From an uncultured Gemmatimonadales bacterium (GTDB taxonomy: Bacteria; Gemmatimonadota; Gemmatimonadetes; Gemmatimonadales; GWC2-71-9), in the NCBI GenBank assembly GCA_963828735.1, contig CAWHFW010000005.1:2048001-2112000 (forward strand): a stretch of DNA of 64,000 bases, written 5' to 3'. Positions within the stretch are counted from its first letter, which is position 1. Every line of letters starts with the position of its first letter. The notes under the pieces are model-generated. The model searched no databases, had not been told where the DNA came from, and saw only the letters and a list, made by a program, of their open reading frames with translations. The position numbers were made by a program, and so were the translations under genes. This document shows positions 29,591-39,763 of the stretch, in pieces.

Positions 29591-32071
29591 ATGACCACTC
29601 ACGACGGCTTCGTCCACGTCCGCGGCGCCCGGGTCCACAACCTCAAGAACGTCGACGTCCGGATCCCTCGCGACGCCCTGGTCGTCTTCACCGGCGTCTC
29701 AGGCTCGGGCAAGTCGTCGCTCGCCTTCGGCACCCTCTACGCCGAGGCGCAGCGGCGCTACCTCGAGTCCGTGGCGCCGTACGCGCGGCGGCTGTTCCAC
29801 CAGGTGGCCGTGCCAGAGGTGGACGGGATCGACGGCCTCCCGCCCGCGGTCGCCCTCCAGCAGCAGCGCGGTGCGCCGACCACCCGCTCCTCGGTCGGGA
29901 GCGTCACCACGCTCTCGAACCTCCTTCGCATGCTGTACTCGCGCGCGGGAGACTACCCCCGCGGCCAGGGCATCATCTACGCCGAGGGCTTCTCGCCCAA
30001 CACCGTCGAGGGCGCGTGCCCGCGGTGTCACGGGCTCGGCCGGATCTACGACGTCACCGAGCGGAGCATGGTGCCGGACGACACGCTCACCATCCGCGAG
30101 CGGGCGATCGCCTCCTGGCCGCCGGCGTGGCACGGCCAGAACCAGCGCGACATTCTCGTCACCCTCGGCTACGACGTGGATCGGCCATGGCGCGAGCTGC
30201 CCAAGGAGGACCGCGACTGGATCCTCTACACGGAGGAAACGCCCACCGTCCCGGTCTACGCCGGCTACACCCCGGCCGAGACGCGCCGAGCCCTCAAGCG
30301 GAAGGAGGAGCCGAGCTATATGGGCACCTTCTCCGGCGCGCGGCAGTACGTGCTCGAGACCTTCGCCAAGACCGAGAGCGCCCAGATGAGGAAGCGCGTC
30401 TCGCGCTACATGGTGAGCACCGAGTGCCCCGTCTGCCACGGCAAGCGCCTCCGGCCAGAGGCGCTTGAGGTCAAGTTCGCCGGCCTCGACATCGCCGACA
30501 TGTCCCGCCGGCCGCTGAAGCGTATGGCCGAGATCTTCGCACCGTACGCGGCGGAGACGGCGCCCGGCTTCCAGCGGCTCAAGGAGGAGCACCCGGAGAA
30601 GGCGATGGTCGCCTGCCGGATCGCGAAGGATCTCGTCGCCCGGCTCGAGGTGCTGATGGAGCTGGGCCTCGGCTACCTCTCGCTCGAGCGCAGCACGCCC
30701 ACACTCTCGCCCGGCGAGCTCCAGCGCCTCCGGCTCGGCACGCAGGTCCACAGCAACCTCTTCGGCGTGGTCTACGTGCTCGACGAGCCCTCGGCGGGCC
30801 TGCACCGGTTGGACACCGAGGCGCTGCTCCGGACGATCGATCGCCTCAAGGCCGCGGGCAATACCATTTTCGTCGTCGAGCACGAGCTCGACGTCATGCG
30901 CCACGCCGACTGGATCGTGGACGTCGGGCCGGACGCCGGCCAGCACGGGGGCGAGGTGCTCTACAGCGGGCCGGTCGAGGGGCTCCGCGAGGTGAAGGAG
31001 TCGCGCACCCGCGAGTACCTCTTCGGCGAGCGCCGCCCGGCGCCGCGCGAGCCGCGGCAGCCCAGCGGCTGGCTCCGCCTCGAGGGCGTCACCCGGAACA
31101 ACCTGCGCGACCTGCACGTCTCCTTTCCGCTCGGCGTGTTCACCACGGTGACCGGGGTCTCGGGCTCGGGCAAGTCGAGTCTGGTCAGCCAGGCGCTGGT
31201 GGAGCTGGTCCAGCGACACCTTGGGCACGAGGTGGAGTCGCCGGAGGACGAGGCCCCGGAGCTGGAGCGTGGCCCGGTCGAGCCGACGGGCGGCCATATA
31301 GTGGAAGGGATGGAGGGCATCCGCCGGCTGGTGATGGTGGACCAGAAGCCGATCGGCCGCACCCCCCGCTCCAACCTGGCGACCTACACTGGCCTGTTCG
31401 ACGGTGTCCGGAAGCTCTTCGCCGCGACCAGGCAGGCGCGGTCGCGGAAGTACGATGCGGGGCGGTTCTCCTTCAACGTCGCCAAGGGCCGATGCGAGAC
31501 CTGCGAGGGCGAGGGCTTCGTGATGGTCGAGCTCCTCTTCCTGCCGAGCGTGTACGCCCCGTGCCCGACGTGCCACGGGTCGCGCTACAATGCGCGGACG
31601 CTCGAGGTGAGGTACAAGGAGCGGAACATCGCCGAGGTGCTGGCGATGACGGTGGACGAGGCGGCGGCGTTCTTCGCGGAGGCGGCCGGGGTGAGCCGGT
31701 CACTGGCGATGCTGCGGAGCGTCGGCGTCGGCTACCTGCGCCTCGGCCAGCCGGCGACGGAGCTGTCCGGCGGCGAGGCCCAGCGGATCAAGCTGGCCAC
31801 GGAGCTGCAGCGCCCCGCCCGCGGTGACACGCTCTACATCCTGGACGAACCGACCACGGGGCTGCATCCGGCGGACGTCGAGAAGCTGGTGGCGCAGCTC
31901 GATGGGCTGGTGGAGGCGGGGAATTCCGTGATAGTCGTGGAGCACGACATGTCGGTCGTGGCGCAGAGCGACTGGGTGGTCGACGTGGGGCCGGGGGCGG
32001 GAGAGGAGGGGGGGACAGTCGTAGCGGAAGGCAGGCCGGGGAACGCGAGGGCTGACGCTAGATCGCCTTGA
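29591..32071 (+). CDS. uvrA: UvrA-like ABC ATPase (short class II type)
   Basis: Two Walker [11 protein letters not shown], CxxC zinc fingers, [22 protein letters not shown]-terminus looks clipped. Confidence 0.88.
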   Translation: MTTHDGFVHVRGARVHNLKNVDVRIPRDALVVFTGVSGSGKSSLAFGTLYAEAQRRYLESVAPYARRLFHQVAVPEVDGIDGLPPAVALQQQRGAPTTRSSVGSVTTLSNLLRMLYSRAGDYPRGQGIIYAEGFSPNTVEGACPRCHGLGRIYDVTERSMVPDDTLTIRERAIASWPPAWHGQNQRDILVTLGYDVDRPWRELPKEDRDWILYTEETPTVPVYAGYTPAETRRALKRKEEPSYMGTFSGARQYVLETFAKTESAQMRKRVSRYMVSTECPVCHGKRLRPEALEVKFAGLDIADMSRRPLKRMAEIFAPYAAETAPGFQRLKEEHPEKAMVACRIAKDLVARLEVLMELGLGYLSLERSTPTLSPGELQRLRLGTQVHSNLFGVVYVLDEPSAGLHRLDTEALLRTIDRLKAAGNTIFVVEHELDVMRHADWIVDVGPDAGQHGGEVLYSGPVEGLREVKESRTREYLFGERRPAPREPRQPSGWLRLEGVTRNNLRDLHVSFPLGVFTTVTGVSGSGKSSLVSQALVELVQRHLGHEVESPEDEAPELERGPVEPTGGHIVEGMEGIRRLVMVDQKPIGRTPRSNLATYTGLFDGVRKLFAATRQARSRKYDAGRFSFNVAKGRCETCEGEGFVMVELLFLPSVYAPCPTCHGSRYNARTLEVRYKERNIAEVLAMTVDEAAAFFAEAAGVSRSLAMLRSVGVGYLRLGQPATELSGGEAQRIKLATELQRPARGDTLYILDEPTTGLHPADVEKLVAQLDGLVEAGNSVIVVEHDMSVVAQSDWVVDVGPGAGEEGGTVVAEGRPGNARADARSP

Positions 32072-32564
32072 ACTCCTCGAACGGCTGGTGGCAGTGATGG
32101 CAGTAATGGATGGCCTTGCAGGCGGTCGACCCGAACTCGCTCTTGCGTTCGGTGTTCGACGAGTTGCAGTAGGGACAGGCGGCGCGACGCACCGCCGACA
32201 TCAGCGGCACCAGCGCCTGCTCGACGACCGTGTGGCCGGGAGCAGAGATGCCGTAGGCCTTGAGCTTCGCCTTGGCCGCGTCGCTCAGCCAGTCGGTGGT
32301 CCAGGCGGGCGAGTACACCGTCCGTAGCTCGACTCGATCGTAGCCCTTGGCGCCGAGCGCGGCCACGATCTCCTGCTCGATCATCTGCATCGCGGGACAG
32401 CCGGAGTAGGTCGGCGTCACGTCTACCGTCACGGCCCCGTTGGGTCTCAGCTCCACCCTCCGAACGATCCCCAGCTCGACGATGTCCAACGCCGGCACCT
32501 CGGGATCCGGGATGCCGCGCAGCACCTCGAGCAGAGTCTCCTCGGTGCCCGCGCGACTCACCAT
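32058..32564 (-). CDS. paaD: Phenylacetyl-CoA epoxidase subunit PaaD
   Basis: [28 protein letters not shown]...FGSTACKA...[10 protein letters not shown]. Confidence 0.93.
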   Translation of the reverse strand: MVSRAGTEETLLEVLRGIPDPEVPALDIVELGIVRRVELRPNGAVTVDVTPTYSGCPAMQMIEQEIVAALGAKGYDRVELRTVYSPAWTTDWLSDAAKAKLKAYGISAPGHTVVEQALVPLMSAVRRAACPYCNSSNTERKSEFGSTACKAIHYCHHCHQPFEEFKAI

Positions 32565-33385
32565 TTCGCCCCCGCGTGCGAGCGCGCGAGGATCTGCATC
32601 TCGGCCAGCAGGTGGCCCAGGTGCTCGGTGTGCCGCCCCTGGCGGCCGCCGGAGTGCATGAAGCCCTCGGGTGGCAGCGTGAGGGTCGCCCGGCGAACCA
32701 CGTCGCTCACGATCTCGAGCCAGGGCGCCTCGAGCACCGCCGGCTCCGGTGCGCCCGCGCCCGCGACCAGCCGGTCCACCTCGTCCGTCGCGAACAGCTC
32801 TCCGGTGTAGGGCCAAAGCTCGTTCAGCGCCGTCTGGACTCGCCGATGACTTTCGTCGGTGCCGTCGCCCAGTCGAATGACCCACTCGCCGCTGTGGCGG
32901 ATGTGATAGCGGGCTTCCTTGTAGGCCTTGGCCGCGATGCCGGCGAGCTTGGTGTCGGCCGCCTGTTGGAGACGGTCCAGGAGCAGCACACTCCAGGCGT
33001 CGAAGAGGAACTGGCGTACGATGGTGCGACCGAAGTCGCCGTTGGGCAGCTCGACCAGGTTGACGTTGCGGTAGTCGATGGCATCGCGGAAGTAGGCCAG
33101 GGCATCCTCGTCCCGCCCCTTGCCTTCAATCTGGCCGGCCAGCTGCAGGAAATGCGTCGCCTGCCCGATGAGATCGAGCGCGACGTTGGCGAGCGCGATA
33201 TCCTCTTCGAGTATCGGTCCGTGCCCACACCACTCCGACAACCGGTGCCCCAACACCAGCCGATCGTCCCCCAACCGAAGCAGATACTCGAACAAAGCTT
33301 CCTCGCCCAACGGGCGTCCCCCCCCCGCCGGGCGCAGCCCACCCGCCGGCGCAGCCCCCGCCCGCCACGCCTCGCCCCCGCCCAC
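32558..33385 (-). CDS. paaC: Phenylacetyl-CoA epoxidase subunit PaaC
   Basis: [50 protein letters not shown]; start codon uncertain. Confidence 0.95.
   Translation of the reverse strand: MGGGEAWRAGAAPAGGLRPAGGGRPLGEEALFEYLLRLGDDRLVLGHRLSEWCGHGPILEEDIALANVALDLIGQATHFLQLAGQIEGKGRDEDALAYFRDAIDYRNVNLVELPNGDFGRTIVRQFLFDAWSVLLLDRLQQAADTKLAGIAAKAYKEARYHIRHSGEWVIRLGDGTDESHRRVQTALNELWPYTGELFATDEVDRLVAGAGAPEPAVLEAPWLEIVSDVVRRATLTLPPEGFMHSGGRQGRHTEHLGHLLAEMQILARSHAGAKW
33323..33364. repeat. Family-2 repeat inside the paaC 5' end
   Basis: CCCCGCCGGGCGCAGCCCACCCGCCGGCGCAGCCCCCGCCC; similar to 26004-26049. Confidence 0.7.
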
Positions 33386-33670
33386 CTACTCCACCCTCAC
33401 ACCGCGGGGCGTTTTGTAGAACTGCGGATGCCGATACGGCTTATCATCCGCCGGATCAAAGAACGGCCCCCGGTCCTCCGGGCTCGACGCGACGATCGCG
33501 GCACTGGGCACGACCCAGATGCTCACGGCCTCGCCCCGGCGCGCGTAGACGTCGCGGGCATTCTGCAGGGCGATCTCCGGATCCGCCGCGTGCAGGCTGC
33601 CGGCGTGCTCGTGCGGCGCGCCGTCCTTCGCCTGGGTGAAGACCTCCCACAGCGGCAGCTCGTCAGCCAT
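33386..33670 (-). CDS. paaB: Phenylacetyl-CoA epoxidase subunit PaaB
   Basis: PLWEVF, HAGSLHA, NARDVYARRGE, SIWVV, YRHPQFY. Confidence 0.95.
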   Translation of the reverse strand: MADELPLWEVFTQAKDGAPHEHAGSLHAADPEIALQNARDVYARRGEAVSIWVVPSAAIVASSPEDRGPFFDPADDKPYRHPQFYKTPRGVRVE

Positions 33671-33695
33671 CAGTCTCGCCCCGCTCGCCGCGGCC

Positions 33696-34667
33696 TCAGG
33701 CCGCCGGCGCCGCACTGCGGCGGCGCTGCTTCTCGGCGAAGGCCGCCGCCGCCTCGCGTACCCAGCCGCCCTCGTCGTGCGCGGCGCGCCGAGCCGCGAG
33801 TCGCTCCCGGTTGCAGGGGCCGTTGCCGCTGATGACCTGTTTGAACTCCGCCCAGTCGATCTCGCCGAACTCCCAGTGCTTGGTCTCGGCGTTGTAGCGG
33901 AGCTTGGGGTCGGGCAGGGTGAGCTTCACCGCCTGGGCCTGGGCCACGGTCAGATCCACGAACCGCTGCCGCAGCTCGTCGTTGCTGAACCGCTTCACCC
34001 GCCAGCGAAGCAGGTCCGCGCTGTTGGGGGAGTTGACGTCACTGGGGCCGAACATCATCAGGGTCGGCCACCACCACCGGTTCACCGCATCCTGGACCAT
34101 GGCCCGCTGCGCGGGCGTGCCGGCGGCCAGCGTCGCGACGATCTCGTAGCCTTGCCGCTTGTGGAAGTTCTCTTCCTTGCAGATCCGGACCATCGCCCGC
34201 GCGTACGGGCCGTACGAGGCCTTCGCCAACACGGTCTGGTTCACGATCGCGGCCCCATCGACGAACCAGCCGATGCACCCAATGTCCGCCCACGTCAGGG
34301 TCGGGTAGTTGAAGATGCTGGAATACTTCGCCCTGCCGGTGAGGAGCTGGTCGATCAGCTCGGCGCGGGCCACGCCCAGCGTCTCCGTGGCGCAGTAGAT
34401 GTAGAGCCCGTGGCCCGCTTCGTCCTGGACCTTGGCGAGCAGGCACATCTTGCGCCGCAGGGAGGGTGCCCGGGTGATCCAGTTGCCCTCGGGCAGCATG
34501 CCCACGATCTCCGAGTGGGCGTGCTGCGACATCATCCGCACCAACTGGTGGCGGTACCGTTCCGGCATCCAGTCCTTGGGCTCGATCGTCTCGCCCGCGT
34601 CGATTCGGGCTTCGAAGGCGACGGCGGATGCGGAGTCGTCTGGGGTCGGGAGCGGCGCAGTGGACAC
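33696..34667 (-). CDS. paaA: Phenylacetyl-CoA epoxidase subunit PaaA
   Basis: [46 protein letters not shown]. Confidence 0.96.
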   Translation of the reverse strand: MSTAPLPTPDDSASAVAFEARIDAGETIEPKDWMPERYRHQLVRMMSQHAHSEIVGMLPEGNWITRAPSLRRKMCLLAKVQDEAGHGLYIYCATETLGVARAELIDQLLTGRAKYSSIFNYPTLTWADIGCIGWFVDGAAIVNQTVLAKASYGPYARAMVRICKEENFHKRQGYEIVATLAAGTPAQRAMVQDAVNRWWWPTLMMFGPSDVNSPNSADLLRWRVKRFSNDELRQRFVDLTVAQAQAVKLTLPDPKLRYNAETKHWEFGEIDWAEFKQVISGNGPCNRERLAARRAAHDEGGWVREAAAAFAEKQRRRSAAPAA

Positions 34668-34778
34668 CTTGGCGTGCCTCTTGGAGTTCAGGGCGGCGGC
34701 GCAGTCGCTGGAGCGGTCCCGGGCCACCCGCTACCTTCTAGTTGCAATTGTATCGGACCTTTTCGGGGAAGGGAAGCC

Positions 34779-35552
34779 GTGACCCAGGCGACGACGCACG
34801 AGCCCGGCAGCGTGACCACGCAGGTGGCGGACGGCGTCGCCAGCGTGACCTTCGGGCATCCCAAGGGGAACTCGCTGCCGGGAGCCCTCCTCGCCGAGCT
34901 GGCGGCCCGGATCACGGCGCTGGGCCAGGAGCCACGGGCGAGCGTGATCGTGCTTCGAAGCGAGGGCACGGGTGCGTTCTGCGCGGGCGCGTCCTTTGCC
35001 GAGCTGTCCGCGATCGCCGATGCCGAGAGCGGCACCCGCTTCTTCCTGGGGTTCGCGAACCTGATCAACGCGATGCGCGAGTGCCCTAAGCTCATCCTGG
35101 CTCGGGTTCACGGGAAGGTGGTCGGTGGCGGCGTCGGGATGGTGGCGGCATCCGATTATGCGCTCGCGACCCCGGCTGCCCAGGTGAAGCTCAGCGAGCT
35201 CGCGGTCGGGATCGGCCCGTTCGTGGTGGGGCCCGTCATCGAGCGAAGGATCGGGGTGGGGAATTACGCCGCTCTGAGCATCGATGCAGCCGAGTGGCGC
35301 AGCGCGGACTGGGCCCACCAGCGCGGGCTCTACGCGGAGCTGCAGCCGGACGGCGCGGCGCTGGATGCGCGCCTCGCGACCCTTGCACGCCAGGTCGCGG
35401 CGAGCAATCCGGAGGCGTTGACGGCCATGAAGCGAGTCTTCTGGCAGGGAACCGAGCACTGGCCGGAGCTGCTGGCCGTGAGGGCGCGGCTGAGCGGGAC
35501 GCTGGTGGTCTCCAGCTTCGCCCGACAGGCGATTGAGCGCCTCTCGAAGTAA
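34779..35552 (+). CDS. Enoyl-CoA hydratase/isomerase family protein
   Basis: AFCAGASF, GKVVGGGVG, KLSELAVGIGPFVVGP. Confidence 0.88.
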   Translation: MTQATTHEPGSVTTQVADGVASVTFGHPKGNSLPGALLAELAARITALGQEPRASVIVLRSEGTGAFCAGASFAELSAIADAESGTRFFLGFANLINAMRECPKLILARVHGKVVGGGVGMVAASDYALATPAAQVKLSELAVGIGPFVVGPVIERRIGVGNYAALSIDAAEWRSADWAHQRGLYAELQPDGAALDARLATLARQVAASNPEALTAMKRVFWQGTEHWPELLAVRARLSGTLVVSSFARQAIERLSK

Positions 35553-35717
35553 TTCGGAATCCGCCTCCGGTTCCCGACCGACCTGGACCAGTTGCGCGGC
35601 ACCGAGGGGATGCAGGAGCTGCGCTACAACGCCGAGCTCGAGCGGGCATCAGCGGGCGACGCCGTAGTCGAACGCATCCCGATGCGTATTTCCCTAGGCG
35701 CTCGTTGAACGAGGAGC

Positions 35718-36164
35718 ATGGGTAGCGGCGTGACGGACGCGGAGCACTACCATAAACTCGAGCGCCTCTATGCCGCCGCACCGATCTCGCAGTGGTTTGG
35801 CGCCACCATCGCCGTCGCTGAGGGCCAAGCCGAGGTCCGGATCGCGACCCGCCCGGAGTTCTACCACGCGGCCCATGCTGTCCACGGCTCGGTGTACTTT
35901 CGGGCTCTCGATGATGCGGCGTTCTTTGCCGTGAACTCCCAGGTACGAGAGGTGCTGGTGTTGACCGTCTCCTTCACGGTGCACTTCGCTCGCCCGGTCA
36001 CGAGTGGCGAGCTGCGGGCCGTGGGCCGCCTGCTGCACGGGAGAGGGCGCCTGTTTCTCGCGGAAGCCGATCTTTTCGACAGCGGGGGGCAGCTACTCGG
36101 CCGGGGCAGCGGCGTGTTCACACGGAGTGCGATACCGCTGGACCCGAGGATCGGCTATGCCTGA
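35718..36164 (+). CDS. PaaI-family (hotdog) thioesterase
   Basis: GAGGAG RBS; HAAHAVHGSVYFRALDDAAFFA. Confidence 0.85.
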   Translation: MGSGVTDAEHYHKLERLYAAAPISQWFGATIAVAEGQAEVRIATRPEFYHAAHAVHGSVYFRALDDAAFFAVNSQVREVLVLTVSFTVHFARPVTSGELRAVGRLLHGRGRLFLAEADLFDSGGQLLGRGSGVFTRSAIPLDPRIGYA

Positions 36165-36239
36165 CGACGCGCACCGCCGCCTGACCCGCGCATGCAGCCG
36201 ACAGGCCCGCGGGATGTCGCGCATTCGGATGTGTGGCGA

Positions 36240-37778
36240 CTAGGCGGGTCCGCTCCCGCCGCTCATTTGTCCCGGCGTGGTCCTGAGCCTGCCCCGATCC
36301 ACCTTTCCCAGGTGCGTCATCGGCAGCGAATCGACGAAGATCACCTCGCGGGGATGCTTGTACGGCTCCAGCCGGTCGCGCACGAAAGTCTTGAGCTCCT
36401 CCCCGAGGTTCTCGCGAGGCTCGCGAGCCACGACGTAGGCGTAGGGCTTGGTCAGCCCGCTGGCATCGGCCACCCCCACGACGGCCACCTGCGCCACCGA
36501 CGGATGCAACAGCAGACAGCTCTCCACCTCCGTGGCGGAGAGCCACTTCCCCGAGACCTTGAGCAGCTCGTCGGCCCGGCCGCCGTAGGTGTAGTATCCG
36601 TCGGCGTCCCGCTGGACCAGGTCTCCCGTGACGACCCACTCGCCGCGGAAGCAGGTCTGGCTTCTGTCGAGCTGCTGCCAGTAGCCCAGCGCCCGCGAGC
36701 CGCCACGCACCCAGAGGTGGCCGATCGTTCCATCGGGCAGCTCGCGGCCTTCCTCGTCCGCCACCCTGATCTCGAAGCCGGGCACCACCTCGCCCAGCGT
36801 GCCGCGGCGCACCCGACCCACGCGATTGGAGAGGAAGATGTGCCACATCTCAGCGGTGCCGAGACCATCGAGAAGGGGCACGCCGAAGCACTGGTCCCAC
36901 CGGGCGTGGAGCTCCTCGGGCAAGCCCTCTCCCGCGGAGGTGGCTAGGCGCAGCGAGGAGAGGTCCTGACGGGCGGCCTCCGGGTGATTCACCATCTGGT
37001 TGATCATGGTGGGGACCGTGACCAGGATGGTCGGGTGGTAGCGAGCGATCCGGCTGAAGATGGCCTCGGCCGTGCACCGCTCGTCGAACAGCACGCTGGA
37101 GGCGCCGGCGGCGAAGGGAAACAGAAGATTCGAGCCGGTTGCATAACCGAAGTACAGCTTCGGCACCGAGATCGTCACATCGGTCTCGGTGTAGCAGAGG
37201 ACCTGCGCGGCGTAGCACTGCGCGGTATTGACGAAGGAGCGATGCGGCTGCACCGCCGCCTTGGGGCGGCCGGTGGTGCCGCCGGAGAACAGCCAGATGG
37301 CCGCGTCGTCCGGGTGGGTGGGGAAGTTCTCCCAGGTGTCCGGCGCGGCAGCGAGACGCGATCTCCAGTCGGCGCTATCCACCAGCAACAACTTCGGCGC
37401 GTGGGCGGCCCGGCCCGCGGCGGCGCGGAACGCGTCGGCATGCGCGGCATGCACCAGCGCTACGGTCGCGCGGCTGTACTCGAAGAAATACTCGATGGCG
37501 TCGGGCTTGAGTTCCGGGTTGACCATCACAACAACGGCGCCGATCTTCAGGATGCCGAACAGCGCCGCGACGTAATCGGGTCCGTCGGGCAGGGCGATGA
37601 TCACCCGCTGTTCCGGCGTCACCCCCGCCGAACTGACCACGTTGGCATAGCGGTTGGCCAGCGCCTGCACCTCGCGATAGCTCAACCGTCCGGCATCGGT
37701 TTGGAGCGCGGTCCGGTCGCCCCGACCCTCGCGCACCCGGGCATCCAGAAAGAAATCGGCGATGTTGAGGTGGGTCAT
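36240..37778 (-). CDS. Benzoate-CoA ligase family, probable anthranilate-CoA ligase
   Basis: WLFSGGTTGRPKAA, PKLYFGYA, DGLGTAEMWHIFLSN, TGD, GRADELLKVSG; next to the abm-like operon. Confidence 0.85.
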   Translation of the reverse strand: MTHLNIADFFLDARVREGRGDRTALQTDAGRLSYREVQALANRYANVVSSAGVTPEQRVIIALPDGPDYVAALFGILKIGAVVVMVNPELKPDAIEYFFEYSRATVALVHAAHADAFRAAAGRAAHAPKLLLVDSADWRSRLAAAPDTWENFPTHPDDAAIWLFSGGTTGRPKAAVQPHRSFVNTAQCYAAQVLCYTETDVTISVPKLYFGYATGSNLLFPFAAGASSVLFDERCTAEAIFSRIARYHPTILVTVPTMINQMVNHPEAARQDLSSLRLATSAGEGLPEELHARWDQCFGVPLLDGLGTAEMWHIFLSNRVGRVRRGTLGEVVPGFEIRVADEEGRELPDGTIGHLWVRGGSRALGYWQQLDRSQTCFRGEWVVTGDLVQRDADGYYTYGGRADELLKVSGKWLSATEVESCLLLHPSVAQVAVVGVADASGLTKPYAYVVAREPRENLGEELKTFVRDRLEPYKHPREVIFVDSLPMTHLGKVDRGRLRTTPGQMSGGSGPA

Positions 37779-37799
37779 GGTCGTGAGGACACAATAATC

Positions 37800-38567
37800 G
37801 TGCAGCCGCTTGCCGCAATGACTTGGGAGGAGACGCGGGACTCCACCGGTCCCAGGTCGGTCGCCATCCTGCCGGTGGGGGCGGTCGAGGCGCATGGCCC
37901 GCACCTGCCGCTGGAGACCGACGTCGTCATCGCCCTGGCGATGGCCCGTGCGGGCGCGGCCCGGCTCGACGCCCGCGGCCAGCGGGCAGTGGTCCTTCCG
38001 CCGCTGAGCTACACCGCCGCCCCTTTCGCCCATGGCTTCGCTGGAACGCTCTCCCTTCGCCCGGAAACGGTCTCGGCGACGGTGCTGGACATCGCCCGCA
38101 GCCTGGCCTGGCATGGCTTCGGAGTGATGGCCATCGCCAACGCGCATCTGGACCCGACGCACCTGGCTTCGCTGGAGGCGGCCGTCAACGCGATCCGGCG
38201 CGAGGTCGGGCTGCCTGTCGCATTTCCCAATCTGACCGACAAACCGTGGGCTCTCCGACTGAGCGAGGAGTTCAAGAGCGGTGCCTGCCACGCCGGCCAG
38301 TTCGAGACGTCGATCATGATGGCCGAGCGTCCTGAGCTGGTGCGGGACGCGATACGGACCGCCCTGCCGCCCAACCCGGCGTCGCTCTCCCGCGCCATCC
38401 GCGACGGCAAGCTGAGTTTCGAGGAGGCGGGCGGAGCCAGGGCGTATTTCGGCTTCCCGGGGCAGGCCACCGCCGAAGAGGGCCGCGCGACGATCGAGGT
38501 GCTCGGCGCGATCCTCGACGAATCGGTGCAGGCCGAGCTCGGCGCCAGGGCGGGGCAGCCGACATGA
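37800..38567 (+). CDS. Creatininase-family amidohydrolase
   Basis: MTWEE, LPVGAVEAHGPHLPLETD, NAH, HAGQFETS; alternative start 37818. Confidence 0.9.
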   Translation: MQPLAAMTWEETRDSTGPRSVAILPVGAVEAHGPHLPLETDVVIALAMARAGAARLDARGQRAVVLPPLSYTAAPFAHGFAGTLSLRPETVSATVLDIARSLAWHGFGVMAIANAHLDPTHLASLEAAVNAIRREVGLPVAFPNLTDKPWALRLSEEFKSGACHAGQFETSIMMAERPELVRDAIRTALPPNPASLSRAIRDGKLSFEEAGGARAYFGFPGQATAEEGRATIEVLGAILDESVQAELGARAGQPT

Positions 38568-39742
38568 GCTCCTTGTCCGGCCGGATCGCGGTGGTGACTG
38601 GTGCCGGCCGCGGGATCGGAGCGGCCACCGCCCGCGCGCTCGCCGAGGCCGGTCTGACGGTCGTGGTCGCGGCCCGCACCCGCGACCAGATCGAACGGCA
38701 GAGCGCCGAGTTGCGGGCGGCCGGCGGCCAGGCCAAGGCCGTGGCCTGCGACGTGAGCAGTGAGGCCGGCGTGGAGGCCCTCGCGCGCGAGGCATCGGAG
38801 CTGGGCCCGGTCGCGATCCTGGTCAACAACGCCGGCGCGGCCGCCTCGATGCCGATCGCCCGTACCTCGCTCGACGAGTGGAATCGCCTCATCGCGGTCA
38901 ACGCGACCAGCGCCTTCCTCTGCACCCGGGCCTTCCTTCCGGGTATGCTCGAGCGAAAGTGGGGGCGAGTGGTAAACGTAGCGTCGACCGCGAGCTTGAG
39001 AGGCGGCAAGTACCTGGCGGCGTACTCGGCGGCCAAGCACGCGCTCCTGGGCCTCACCCGCTCGGCCGCGGCGGAGGTGGCGGGGACGGGGGTGACGGTG
39101 AACGCGGTCTGCCCCGGCTTCGTGGATACCGAGATGACAGCCGAGACCGTGGACCGGATAGCGGCCAAGACCGGCCGCACCCGGGAGGCCGCGCTGGCCG
39201 CGGCCCTGGCCTCGGAGAACCAGCCGAGGCTGATCACGCCGGAGGAGGTAGCGGCCGCCGTCGTATCACTGTCCACCGCCGCCGTGGGCCATCCTCCCAA
39301 CGGGGAGGCCATGATCCTGGACGGGAGGGACCCGATGAGCGGACGGTTCGCGATCATCAATCCCGAGGAGCTCGGCGCACCCCGAGGTTTTAACAACGGG
39401 CTGCTGGCCCAGGCCGGCGGCAGGACGCTGTTCATTGCGGGACAGACTGCACGTGCGACCTCGGGCCAGGTACCGGCTGCCGACCTCGTGTCCCAGTTCG
39501 ACACCGCGCTCGGCAACGCGTTGGCCGTGCTGCGTGAGGCCGGCGGTGCGCCGGGCGACATCGGTCGGTTCACGATCTACGTCACCGACATGGCGCAGTA
39601 TCGTGCCAGCCTCAAGTCATTGGGCGAGGCGTATCGACGCCGCATGGGCACCCACTTCCCGGCGATGGCGCTGGTGGAGGTGAAATCGCTGGTGGACCCG
39701 CAGGCGGTGGTGGAGATCGAGGCGACGGCGGTGCTGGGCTAA
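38564..39742 (+). CDS. SDR oxidoreductase in frame with a RidA-family domain (fusion, or two genes split at 39335)
   Basis: TGAGRGIG, NNAG, YSAAK; then PRGFNNG...IAGQ...FPAMALVEV...VEIEATA. Confidence 0.85.
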   Translation: MSSLSGRIAVVTGAGRGIGAATARALAEAGLTVVVAARTRDQIERQSAELRAAGGQAKAVACDVSSEAGVEALAREASELGPVAILVNNAGAAASMPIARTSLDEWNRLIAVNATSAFLCTRAFLPGMLERKWGRVVNVASTASLRGGKYLAAYSAAKHALLGLTRSAAAEVAGTGVTVNAVCPGFVDTEMTAETVDRIAAKTGRTREAALAAALASENQPRLITPEEVAAAVVSLSTAAVGHPPNGEAMILDGRDPMSGRFAIINPEELGAPRGFNNGLLAQAGGRTLFIAGQTARATSGQVPAADLVSQFDTALGNALAVLREAGGAPGDIGRFTIYVTDMAQYRASLKSLGEAYRRRMGTHFPAMALVEVKSLVDPQAVVEIEATAVLG

Positions 39743-39763
39743 GACCGAGATCCCGATACTGAG

